DNA from: Marsupella aquatica
Taxonomy: Eukaryota > Plantae > Marchantiophyta
Assembly (NCBI GenBank): GCA_973895155.1
Contig: OZ316892.1
Coordinates: 10,830,283 to 10,894,282, forward strand
Reading direction: 5' to 3'
Length of the DNA: 64,000 nucleotides
The notes under the pieces were generated by a model. The model made no database searches. It saw only the letters and a list, made by a program, of their open reading frames with translations, and was not told the DNA's origin. A program made the translations under genes and the position numbers. Positions 1 through 11,040 of this stretch are shown here, in pieces; within the stretch, counting starts at the first letter, position 1, and each line of letters begins with the position of its first letter.

Positions 1-1790
1 GGTTATTCTCCGAGGTGGTCAAAACGGGGGAGTTTCCCAAGGTTTTACCCACCCCGACTGAAATCTGAATAACTTTTCCGTCGAATTTTGATTTTGATTT
101 CGGCTTTTAGTATTGGACTCCTAGCTTCGTGGGCTACGCGGCGGTGTTGAGTTTTGAGTTTTGTGAGAAGTTTCGAAAAAAGACATTTTTTCGTGATTGT
201 TTCATATGAGTGACTCGGAGGATACTGGAAGAATTGGCGTCGATAAAGCTTCAAGATCGTGACGGTCAGACGGAGAGTCTGAGGAGGAGCTGCTTCCATT
301 TGAGGAAGAACTAGTGACACCGGTACGATCACCGGTGCGGCGTGCAGTGGAGGAAGCTGTGTTACTACCAGAGCTGTCGGTAGTTGGAAAGAAGAGGGAG
401 ATGGCTAGATTTGGAGGAGTGAAGTTTGAGGTGGAGAAGTACGATGGTCGTACTGATTACTTGCTGTGGGAGAAGCAAGTGAAGGGTGTTCTTCGGGCCA
501 TGGGCTTAGCTCATCTGCTCTCTTCGCGAGAGCAGTATGATGGAGAGGAGGAGATCTCAGAGAAGCAGTGGAGACAGGAGCAGGTGATTGCTATTAATGC
601 AGTGATGCTTTATCTGAAGCCGCACATCATCAAGTAGCTGGATGATTATGCGGATTGCGCATCACTGTTCAAGGCTCTAAGAGAGAAGTACTACCGGGAA
701 GATGCGTCAGACTGGCTGTACAAGAAGTCTCTCTTGATGAGCCTCAGGCTCAAGGAAGGGAGCAAGATGCAGGATCACTTGGATGAGTTTGACAGTCTAG
801 CGGTGGATCTGTCAAACCTGGGAAAAGGAGTTGAAGATGAGGATAAGGCCTTGCTTCTGCTAAGCTCCTTACCGCCGTCATATCAGGGCTTGAAACAGGT
901 GCTCTTGTACAGAGATCTGAAGTCCATTTCGTATAATGAGGTGGTGAGCTCTTTACTGTCTGATGATGCTCAAAAGAAGTTGGGTCAATCACAGACAGCA
1001 TCTTCTTCTGACACTGCGCCGAATGTGAACCGTGGGAGAGCAGCGCAGCGCTCAAATGGACAGAACAGGTTTAGATCTACATCACGGGGGAGATCTAAAT
1101 CCAGAGGAAAATCGCAAGAGAGAAAGCCTCTTGCATGTTGGAATTGTGGCAAGCCTGGCCACATGAAAAGGGATTGTCGAGTAAAGGTCCCTACTGCCTC
1201 TGCTAATGCGGCATCGAGCTCGCATGAGGTAGATTTACTCGATGATGATGACATATTGTGATGTCAAGGTTATGCTCTCAACGTAGTGTCAAATCCAGGT
1301 AGTGATGACTGGATTCTAGATAGTGCATGTACTTTTCACATTTGCTCTAGGAGAGATTGTTTCAGTTCTTACAGGGTTTCCAACGGGTCAGTGTTGATGG
1401 GAAAGGGAATCCCATGTCATGTTGTTGGACTTGGATCTGTAAGATTTCAGATGTTTGATGGTGTTGTGAGAACGTTGAGGAATGTGAGACATATTCCCAG
1501 CATGATGAAAAATCTCATTTCACTTGGAGTTTTAGAAGCAAATGGCCATCAGTGGAGCTCTGCTAATGGTATCCTTCAGGTTTCAACTGGTACTAAAGTT
1601 GTATTGAAGGGAACGAGACATAGCAATCTATACGTTTTGGAGGGCAGTGTAGTTTGTGATGAAGCCAATGTAACCTTATCTCATGAGGAGACGGCCCGGC
1701 TGTGGCACTTCCGTTTGGGCCACATGAGTGAAAAAGGTTTGGTTATTCTTTAGAAGAAAGGATTACTTTCTAATTTGCAATCTTGTAAGT

Positions 1791-3736
1791 AGTGGTGGCC
1801 CTCCCACCACGTGCCCGTCCAAACTCGTTTTCAGCCTTGAAACAAGTCGAACCTTGCACTAACACGGAATGTTGGGGCAAGTTCTCCCCGACTATACTCC
1901 TTGTCGTCAGCGACCCCTCCCATACGAAGCCGCACTTGCCCTCGTCAGCACAACCGTCGCTCAACGGTCTTTACTATCTGCACAAGCAACCAACCAATTG
2001 GTAAGAACTTGTCTTGATCTCGGAACTCCCAAGATCCTCGTCTTGCCTCAAGTTCAACAGTCGTTAGTAAGTAGGTCAGCGGATAGAGCCTCCCAGGCCC
2101 GCATGGCCTTGCCATAAGCTGAAACTAAGGTCGACATCACTGTTCGTCCAGAACAGTCTATCTACCGGATGTCGCCCAAGCTTCCCCACTTTCTACCCGT
2201 CAATGGCTGACCGCCCTACCTCCAGGACATGCCCATGGCCCAAACTCAGTTTGTCACAAACTAGTAGTAACACGCCGGGACCATTCAGTTTCTAGATCTT
2301 AGCCACCTCTGCGAAACCGGGTTCCGCTCAACCTCTTACCATGCATCGGGACCAGATCTCAATGGCAGCCCCCAGAGTCTACTTGGTTCTACCTCTCCAA
2401 CATCAGGTCCCCATGGGAACCAAATGCGGTTTGGTCACTGTTCGACTTCGGATCGGCAAGAGGGACTCCCCCCATTGCAAGCCTCAAAACCAAAATCATC
2501 CAATGCACAATCAGAGAGTACCATGAGGTAGCTTTCTTCATTAGCTTTCCAACGAGCCCAAGAACTCCCCCAACGGAGATCCGGTCGTCGAGTTATGTTT
2601 GTTTCCGCTTCAAAACTCGAAACGACGTATCTTCGTTGATCGCGATCAGCTCGAGCTCAAACTTGAGAGGACCACTCTCCTCATATATGCTTATGGGGAC
2701 CTGCCACCCCCGGACCAGCTTTGGTCCCCTATCTTTGGCCCCCTACCCAAGGGTCCGTGGGCCCCGTCACTTAGCTCGAAACAAAGATAATTGAAAACCT
2801 TATGTAACTTGGCCTCGAGCGCAAATTGTGGCATAAGGGGCTAAAAGTTACGGCCCTAACCCCGCTCTGGTCCAGGCAACCCCCCTGGTCCAGGCAACCC
2901 CTTCTTGGTCCATCGATGCACGGCGACTCTAATCGAGTCTAAATCGGCCATAACTTTTGGCCCCTAGGTCCGTTGGCCAAAAAATATGCGGCCCCATGAT
3001 CGGGCTCGTGTGGGGCTTCTCAGGCCCCTATGGTGATCCGTTGTAAAATTAGTTCATTTTTCCGTGATCGGCAACGGGCCCAAACTACAAGCATGCGGCT
3101 TGAGTCGGCCATAACTTTTGGCCCCTGGGTCCGTGGCTGAGAAATATGCGGCCCCATGATCGGGCTCATGTGGGGCCTCTTGGACCCCTATGGTGATCCG
3201 TTGGAAAAATAGTTCATTTTTCCATGATCGGCAACGGGCCCAAACTACAAGCATGCGGCTTGAGTCGGCCATAACTTTTGGCCCCTGGGTCCGTTGGCTG
3301 AGAAATATGCGACCCCATGATCGGGCTCATGTGGGGCTTTTCGGGCCCCTATGGTGATCCGTTGGAAAAATAGTTCATTTTTCCATGATCGGCAACGGGC
3401 CCAAACTACAAGCATGCGGCTTGAGTCGGCCATAACTTTTGGCCCCTGGGTCCGTTGGCCGAGAAATATGCGGCCCCATGATCAGGCTCATGTGGGGCTT
3501 CTTGGGCCCCTATGGTGATCCGTTGGAAAAATAGTTCATTTTTCCATGATCGGCAACGGACCCAATAAAGTTAAGTGGAGCGCGCTTTTCTCAAGTCTTG
3601 TCCTTGCTCTTACTAGCCTCCTCTTTGTTAGTTGCATCCCTAATGGCCATGATGGTAGCAAATCTAAGAGGGGCTCAACGTTGGAGTTAGGCAACGCCGG
3701 AGCAATTACGAGTAGGTGAAAGTTGTAGTCATGACT
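1791..3736 (-). mobile_element. Nested 1946-bp solo-LTR-like insertion with AGT...ACT termini
   Basis: 5-bp direct repeat TAAGT at 1786-1790 and 3737-3741; removing the insert restores S-C-K-L-E-F-C-E-H-C of the host integrase zinc finger; no coding domain; internal tandem array. Orientation is inferred. Confidence 0.8.
2944..3565. repeat. Tandem array, about 3.9 copies of a 160-161 bp unit, inside the nested insertion
   Basis: Unit starts TCGGCCATAACTTTTGGCCCC at 2944, 3105, 3265 and 3426; explains the duplicated ORFs 3054-3272 and 3245-3433. Confidence 0.95.
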
Positions 3737-6636
3737 TAAGTTGGAATTTTGTGAGCACTGTGTGCTAGGGAAGCAGCACAGGAAACCCTTCGGAGTTGGA
3801 ACTCACACCAGCAAGGAGGTACTTGAGTATGTACATAGTGATGTGTGGGGTCCAGCCCCTACTCCCTCACATTCTGGACGGTTATACTATGTCACGTTCA
3901 TAGACGATTACTCAAGGTATGTGTGGATACTTTCTACACAATAAGTCTGATGTTTTTGCCACTTTTAAGGAGTGGAAAGCCCAAGTTGAAAATCAGACTA
4001 GTAATAAGGTGAGATATCTTCGATCGGATAACGGCGGTGAATACAGTTCCGGTGAATTTGGAACGTATTGTAAGGAGCAAGGGATTACCCGCCATCTCAC
4101 AACAAGTTATACTCCTCAGCAGAATGGTGTTTCTGAGAGACTCAACCAAACACTATTGGACCGCTCGGGGAGTATGTTGAGTCCATCATGCTTACCACAT
4201 GAGTTTTGGGCTGAAGCTGTCAACACTGCAGCTTATTTGGTAAATTTTTCTCCATCCAGTTCTATTGGATTCAAGACGCCATATGAAATGAGGTACGAGC
4301 GTCTAGCAGATTACTCACATCTGAAGATTTTTGGATGTGATGCTTATGTGCTTACACCTTCCCAGCTTCGATCCAAGTTGGAGTCCAAGTCAAAGAAGTG
4401 CATTTTCCTTGGCTATCAGAAAGGTGTGAAGGGTTATAGGTTATGGGATCCAGTAACCTGTAAGCTAATTGTCAGTAGAGATGTGTCCTTTAATGAATCC
4501 AGATCATCAAAGGAGGGGGAGAGTTCTCAGGACTCCCATACTGACAAGGGGAAATCTCCCATCCCGGACCCGGTTGAGGGGGAGATTAGTCATGATGCAG
4601 TTCATGACAGGAGAGATGGAGAAGCTCCGAGCTTGGAGCTGGTTCCTGTGATGGAACAAGAGGAGCAAATTGTTGCTGGGGTACCTCAAATTCAACCAGC
4701 AGCAGCAACAGATCAGCCTGAGTCATCTACTAGAAGAACTTCCAGTCGTTCTACTAGAGCTCCTACCAAGTATGGTCAATGGGCAGACTCATCTAAGCTA
4801 GATGATTTTGACATTGCACCTGATGAAGATGATATGGCTTTGATCTTGGAAGAAGGAGAGCCTTCTTCGTATAGTGAGGCTTGTGCTTCAGAGCAGAAGT
4901 ATGAGTGGAATGCAACAATGCAGAGGGAGTTGCAATCTTTGAGTGACAACAAGACATGGGAGCTGGTGGAGCTTCCAAGAGGTCAACAAGTGGTGGACAG
5001 CAAGTGGACTTACAAGTTGAAGGACAGTCCTTCAGAGGGTGGAGATAAGATCTACAAGGCAAGGCTTGTTGCCAAGGGGTTCACTCAGGAGAAAGGAGTG
5101 GATTACAATGAGGTCTTTTCACCGGCGGCTAAGTATTTCACAATTCGGATCTTGTGTCAGCTTGTTGTGTTTTTTAATCTGGTGATGGATCAGATGGATG
5201 TTGTTACTGCTTTTCTCTATGGCAACTTGGAAGAGATGATCTTCATGAGACAACCACTAGGCTTTATGAAGAAGGGCCAAGGGAACTTAGTTTGCAGATT
5301 GCTCAAATCCTTGTATGGATTGAAGCAGTCTCCCAGACAGTGGAACAAGCGGTTTGATGATTTCATGCTTGCTCAAGGTTTTACAAGGATGGTGTATGAT
5401 CCTTGTGTGTATACGAAATCAGTCAAGAATGATGTATTTGGTTTCATCATTCTGGTGATCTATGTGGATGACATGCTAATTGTGGCTAAAGATCAATCTG
5501 AGGTTGATAGTCTCAAGGCAAAATTGAGCGCTGAATTCAGGATGAAGGATCTTGGTAAGGCCAAGAGGATCTTAGGGATGGAGATTTTTAGGAACTCTGA
5601 GACTGGACAGTTGTGCTTGAGTCAAGGCCAATATGCGAGGAAAGTACTTGCACGATTCAACATGGAGAACTGTAAGTCAATGAGTATTCCTTTACCTTCA
5701 CATTTCAAGTTATCATCGGCTTTCTCTCCTACGGATGCTGTGAAGAAAGGTCTGATGGCTAAGATTCCTTATGAGAAGGCAGTAGGCAGTCTGATGTATT
5801 TGATGACTTGTACTAGGCCTGACTTGGCCCTAGCGATGGGCAAGGTTAGCAGATTCATGTCAAATCCAGGGAAGGTACATTGGGAAGCTGTGAAATGGAT
5901 TCTCAGGTATGTGAAGGGAACACAGGACTATGGATTACTATTTGATAACAGATCAAATAGAACGTTAGTTGGCTATGTAGATTCTGACTATGGAGGCTGT
6001 CTAGATACAAGGAGATCTACAACTGGGTTTGTATACACTCTTGGAGGAGGATGTATCAGTTGGAAATCTACCTTGCAGAAGTGCATATCTCAGTCTACTA
6101 CAGAAGCAGAGTATGTTGCAGCAGCAGAAGCTACAAAGGAAGCAATTTGGTTGGATAAGTTGATCGCGGAGATGGGTTTAGAGCATGGAAAAATGACTCT
6201 AAACTGTGATAGTCAGAGTGCTCTTCACTTGGCTGCTAACCAGGTGATGGATAGCAGGGTGAAGCACATTGATATCAGGTACCATTTTATCAGGCAAGCA
6301 GTGTCTGATAAAACTTTTGAGCTAGTCAAGATTGATGGAAAGCTCAATCCCGCTGATGCCTTTACCAAAGTGATTCATTTGGAGAGTTTCTCAAGACACC
6401 GTGCTACTTTGCAAGTTTTGCAGTTGTAGTGCAAGTAGAGTTATTTAGCAATGTGTGACTATTTGTATATGGATTACTCATTCCTGTTAGGCTACGGCTT
6501 AGTTCTAGTTAACTCTTAGTTAACCCTTGTGGTTTTTAGGGGGAGACCTGGTTTGGTGATTGTCTAGAACTTCCCGTTGAGGATTCCATATGGTAGCATT
6601 TAGTCCAGTCCCCAAGACAAGAGTCAAGGGGGAGTT

Positions 6637-6980
6637 TGTTAGATATTGCTCTAGTCTTGTGACTCTTGTGCTAACCACAGTTAGGCTAACTCGGGTTAGG
6701 ACCTAGCTAAGGTTAGCGGTAGTGCTGTTGTGCATATAGCCAGGGCTGATGCCAGACCCTGGTGGAACTTAGGCTCATTGTTACGGAGCTAGTTGAGAGA
6801 TAGGGAGAGCTTGTGTTGTGGATGCTTGGTATGGCCGATCGGCCTAGAGTGCAGTAAAGCTCTTGTGTGTTCCCGTGGACGTAGCCTCATGTGGAGGTGA
6901 ACCACGTATCTCTCTGTGTCGAATATTGTGCGTTGGATGGTTCATGGGCTTGCCGTTGCGAATGTCGTCTATGCTCAATA
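6637..6980 (+). repeat. 3' LTR of the Tork-like copia element (about 344 bp)
   Basis: Begins TGTTAG after the PPT; contains the Tnt1-type CCCGTGGACGTAG...GTGAACCACGTA motif; right end inferred at CTCAATA (probably a mutated AACA). Confidence 0.7.
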
Positions 6981-8185
6981 GTATTTGGGCAAACTTTAGT
7001 GATACTTAGATGCCTTTCTGGCTGCACCAAATCTTTGTAATCACATCACACATATGTATAAAATGGAACCTATTTTTATTTTCTCTTTGCACATTTAATA
7101 AAATGTAAGGGTATATATACATACTCTTCATTGCTCCAAGTTGTTGAATGAATTCAAGATTACATAGCCCTGAGAGGTCTTCAGAATAATTCTTTACACA
7201 CTATTGCATGACCTTCAATCCAGGGATTTTACTTTTTTTATGGTTCTTTCCAAAATAGGTCAAGATTTTACGTAACTACACTCTTTTCCTGGAGGCATTG
7301 TGGGCCATAATGCCCCCTCAAACTTGGGCCAGAGTATAGTACTTGTTTTGAGGGCACTCTATCCACCACAGATTTGGCCATGGGACTCCATTTGTAAACA
7401 TCTTGTGACACCAAAACCTGTGAAAGAAAAAATAGAATGGAGAATGTTTGAGTAACAATAAATGTTTGAGAATTGCTCTTATATGTTTTGATGCTTGCAT
7501 GGGGCCTAGACAACCATGTGTATTCTAACTCAAATAATAACATGGATTTACTGTACCTTCATACAAAAGCTTTCTCTGATCCCATCTGACTTCAGAGTGA
7601 AAGGAAAAGCCCTCCCATCAGCACATTATCCCAAATGAAATCATGAGAGCTTCTGCCCAAGGGATTTCATATCTGGAAGAATGCCCTGGCCGGAGGGCTT
7701 TAACTAACTCTAAGAGGGCATTGGTACAATTGATGAATGTCCAACAGCAAAAATTCTTTGCGCAAATTGTGGTTTGATAACAAGGCTCTAAGAATCCAAA
7801 GGGGCCCAACTTATGACTCTCAATTTATCTCACCACAATATTGTCTCAATCATAGAGGGGACAACTGTAGTTGAGTAGTGTCACTGGCTCCTGAAAATGG
7901 GCCCAGAATATATTGTTAGAAACCATATTGCCCACCTTACTATGAGAACCTATATTGTCCACCACATTGTCAAAACTGGTAATTGTTTAGATTCTTCCTA
8001 CCACGTAAATGTGGCAACAGGCCTGGCATAGGTGATGGGAGCCCGAAACATGGCCCCACAAAGTATTGAAGGCGACCTTATTGTAAAAATGAACAGGAAC
8101 CATATTGTTCAGCCTATTAGATTTGGTCACTGGCCTGGGTATTATTATACTGTTGACAGGTATTGAATAAGACAAAATAGTTGGC

Positions 8186-8621
8186 TATTAGAACGGGCCA
8201 ATTTAAACAAGGAGCGTTTTTTCCCGCAGCCCGGTCATACCGGTGAAGTGCTGACCGCTTTACGCAAGAAGGACCGGTAAAGCAGCGCTACTTCGGATTT
8301 GCGCATTGCAGCAGTCGATGAACACCAAGACGAGGACACGAGGAGGCGTTACTCGTGACCGGTAAAAGGGTGGAGAAGATCGCGAGTTTACCGGCGTCGT
8401 GTATTAGAACGGGCCAGCTATAAAATGGAGCGTTTTGCCCGCAGCCCGGTCATAACCGGTGAACTGATGACCGCTTTACGCAAGAAGGACCGGTAAAGCA
8501 GCGCTACTTCGGATTTGCGCATAGCAGCAGTCGTCGAGCACAAGACGAGGAAACGAGGAGGAGTTTTACTCGTGACCGGTAAAAGGGTGGAGAAGATCGC
8601 GCGACTACCGGCGGTGTCGTG
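8186..8621. repeat. Imperfect tandem duplication (about 216 bp) upstream of the ankyrin/RCC1 gene
   Basis: TATTAGAACGGGCCA starts at 8186 and 8402; long shared blocks such as GACCGCTTTACGCAAGAAGGACCGGTAAAGCAGCGCTACTTCGGATTTGCGCAT. Confidence 0.9.
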
Positions 8622-11040
8622 AGGAGGGGCGCGCGAGGGATCGATTTCCGTGGCGCTGGTGGATCCTGGGCCAGGCCCGCTCTTTCTCGAGCGCGAATGT
8701 GAACCGGACGGAAAGATAATTATGCGCGGAGAGGATTCCGAGATGCTGATGCTGAAGCTGGACGTGGAGCTCGATCGATGGGCAACAGCACGAGCAGGGT
8801 CAGCAGCGATCGAGAGCTTTTGCAGTTTTGCCAGCGATGTTGTGACGATTGGTCGACTCTCGAGTGATTGCTCGTCGTCGCGGTCGCGGCTGATGAGCGG
8901 GTGGAAAAATTCCTTCGACGATTCTATTCTCCTGCGGTATTCGGATCGAGAGGAGGAAGAACTGCTCCCCGCCACATCCTCTGCTTCACGTGTTTTTGAA
9001 TTCGACCGAATGACTGGTTTGTTCCTTTCAGAGCTGCTGCTGCTGCCGCTGCTGACTGGAGGCTTCTCCGGTTAGAGGCTGTTCTGCTGTTGCTGACGGA
9101 GGAGGACGAGGGAGCGGCGGACAGAGATTGTTGATGCTTCGTCCTGCATGTGATTTGTGGTGGTGCGAATTGGCCCAAGGGGCAGGGATTGGCGAATGCT
9201 GAGTGATTATTAGCGTCGGAGGTTGTGGCGCGATGGTTGTGGATGCGGAGCTGAAAGAACGACGGAGTCTGCGTGCACTGGTCCTGAGGCGGGCGAGACT
9301 ATTGGTGATTGTTCCACGCTTGTGAGCGTCGGCGGAAGGGAGGGATCGGTAGCTGCCAAGAGAGGGTAGGAGAAGAAGGCTTCGACCGAGGCGGAGTTAT
9401 TTTCGGGGAAGGATCTAGGGAATTTTATCTCGGAGAGAGGGACGAGTCTTGAGTGTTGAAGGAGTACATTGCACGTTTCCCGGGCGGGCGTTGTTTCTCG
9501 TCTCCGACGGTAACGGGTAACCTCGCGTAATTGACGAGTAACGTTTGCAGCTGGACTAAAACTGCCTTATTACGCGCCAGGAGGGAATAAGTTTTGGTTT
9601 GGGGAGTCAGTCAGTGACGGCTCGGGAACGGTCTTTGGTGTGCAGGACGTCGTCGTTGGGTGAGTAAGTTTGGAATATACTGTCTGTGTTGGAGAGCTGG
9701 GAATGTGTGTATATTTGTGGACACAGCTTGTTTCGTTTACTGTTCCGGGTGCGTCGACTCAGCAGCTCTTTATGTTTCCAATTCAACAGACTTTCTCGAG
9801 GCTCTCTACGTTGGGAATTGGAGTTCTTTGGCTCTCAACTGTGCCCCTTGCCTTCGGATTCATATTTTTGTCTCTTTCTGCGAATCGTATGCGCAATTGT
9901 GATAGCTTGAAGCGTACCTGGATCAGTATAGTGCACTAGTGCCCTTCAAGTTTGGTCTATGCTCTGCAAGTTAGATCCAGTTGGTCCACCTGATACGGTC
10001 AAATAGTTTCGAGTCTGCCGGGAGTATGATCGGAGGTATTTGCCAGCTTACTTGCTGAAAGGGAGAAGTCCTTACATTTGTAGGTTTTTGTTCTGCGAGC
10101 CGTGGGTAATAATTGTTATCAAGGCTCTTTGCATTGGGTCGCAACACATCCTGGAAATTGTCAGCAATTGGAGTATGACGGTGTTTAGGCGTGATCCTTC
10201 CGCCTGGAGCTCGGTTATTGTGTAGGTTTGTGGATGCCGTGCGTCCCACTGAGGATGACGAAGTCCATACCTTTGCCCGTGCTGGTCTACCTCCAATGAG
10301 CATGTATATTCTATATTAAATGACATCTCGTTAGATTCCCTGTTTCCTCTTCACAATTAACTGATTTTAAGAGTTAATTGCGACGGAGTGTGAAAGTCTA
10401 TGCAATTCATGTGATTTGGGTCAGTTTCATTCATCATTGACGATGTATCTGAAAAGCTCGGGTGGATGCTCCCACACAGCTCCGTGCATTAGTATTGTTT
10501 ACAATTTGGGAGTTATCTCATAGCTCACCGTGTCATGCAGGTTGGGAATCTAGTGACTTTGTCACGTTACGGAGGCATCTGGATATGATAACGGACTGGT
10601 GCAGTTTTCTTCACTTGATTTCATGCAAATCTTGCCGTTTATCAGCAGAAGGAGGCTTCTCTTTCTGGGCAACCTGAACTTCCCTCGCAGAGCTATGGGA
10701 GCAGGTCAATGGCTACTGGTGCTGACTTTCTACTTCGGTCAAGCCATGGATGATGACGGTTGTTATGGACTTTAAGCGTGGGAATGGAACTGGATTTTGG
10801 GAGTTGATTAAACAGTGAGCGCTTAGCAATTTTTGGATTTCCTCCCGAACTCTGTCGTCATCTACCGGGGAATCGAGGTCTTCCGAGCATAGTGTCCTAC
10901 TTGGAAGATGCCACTCAACTCATAATAAAAGTTATCAGCTTGTGAAAGACATCCACTCATCAGATCGTCGAGCAAAGTAAAGCAGTTGAGACTCTGTGGC
11001 CATTTAAATTAGAGTGCACAAGTGTTTGCACACAGCCATC

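Larger units (their letters stand above)
401..6429 (+). pseudogene. Disrupted copia gag-pol polyprotein
   Basis: In-frame stops at 635-637 (TAG), 1259-1261 (TGA) and 1751-1753 (TAG); nested insertion 1791-3736; frameshift near 3925-3930 (YSRYVW / YFLHNKSDVF); INT-RT-RH open from 3919 to 6429. Confidence 0.92.
1..6980 (+). mobile_element. Ty1/copia LTR retrotransposon, Tork/Tnt1-like, disabled; 5' LTR lies outside the window
   Basis: Gag (ATG 401, KFEVEKYDG, zinc knuckle CWNCGKPGHMKRDC), protease WILDSAC, GAG-pre-integrase LWHFRLGH, integrase, RT (YVDD) and RNase H in copia order; PPT CAAGGGGGAG 6625-6634 followed by TGTT at 6637. The window opens with GGTT, which fits the tail of a tRNA-iMet PBS (only 4 nt visible). 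Confidence 0.95.

Noticed and set aside
1792-1801. TGGTGGCCC as a tRNA-Ile PBS at the edge of the nested insertion
   Set aside because: Only about 9 nt match, and it lies at the TSD-defined terminus rather than inside an LTR boundary.
3054-3433. Two near-identical short ORFs (MADSSRMLVVWARC...)
   Set aside because: By-products of the 161-bp tandem repeat.
8418-9178. Overlapping ORFs of 84-185 aa upstream of ANK-RCC1
   Set aside because: Low-complexity, GC-rich leader-type sequence with no recognisable domain or splice link.
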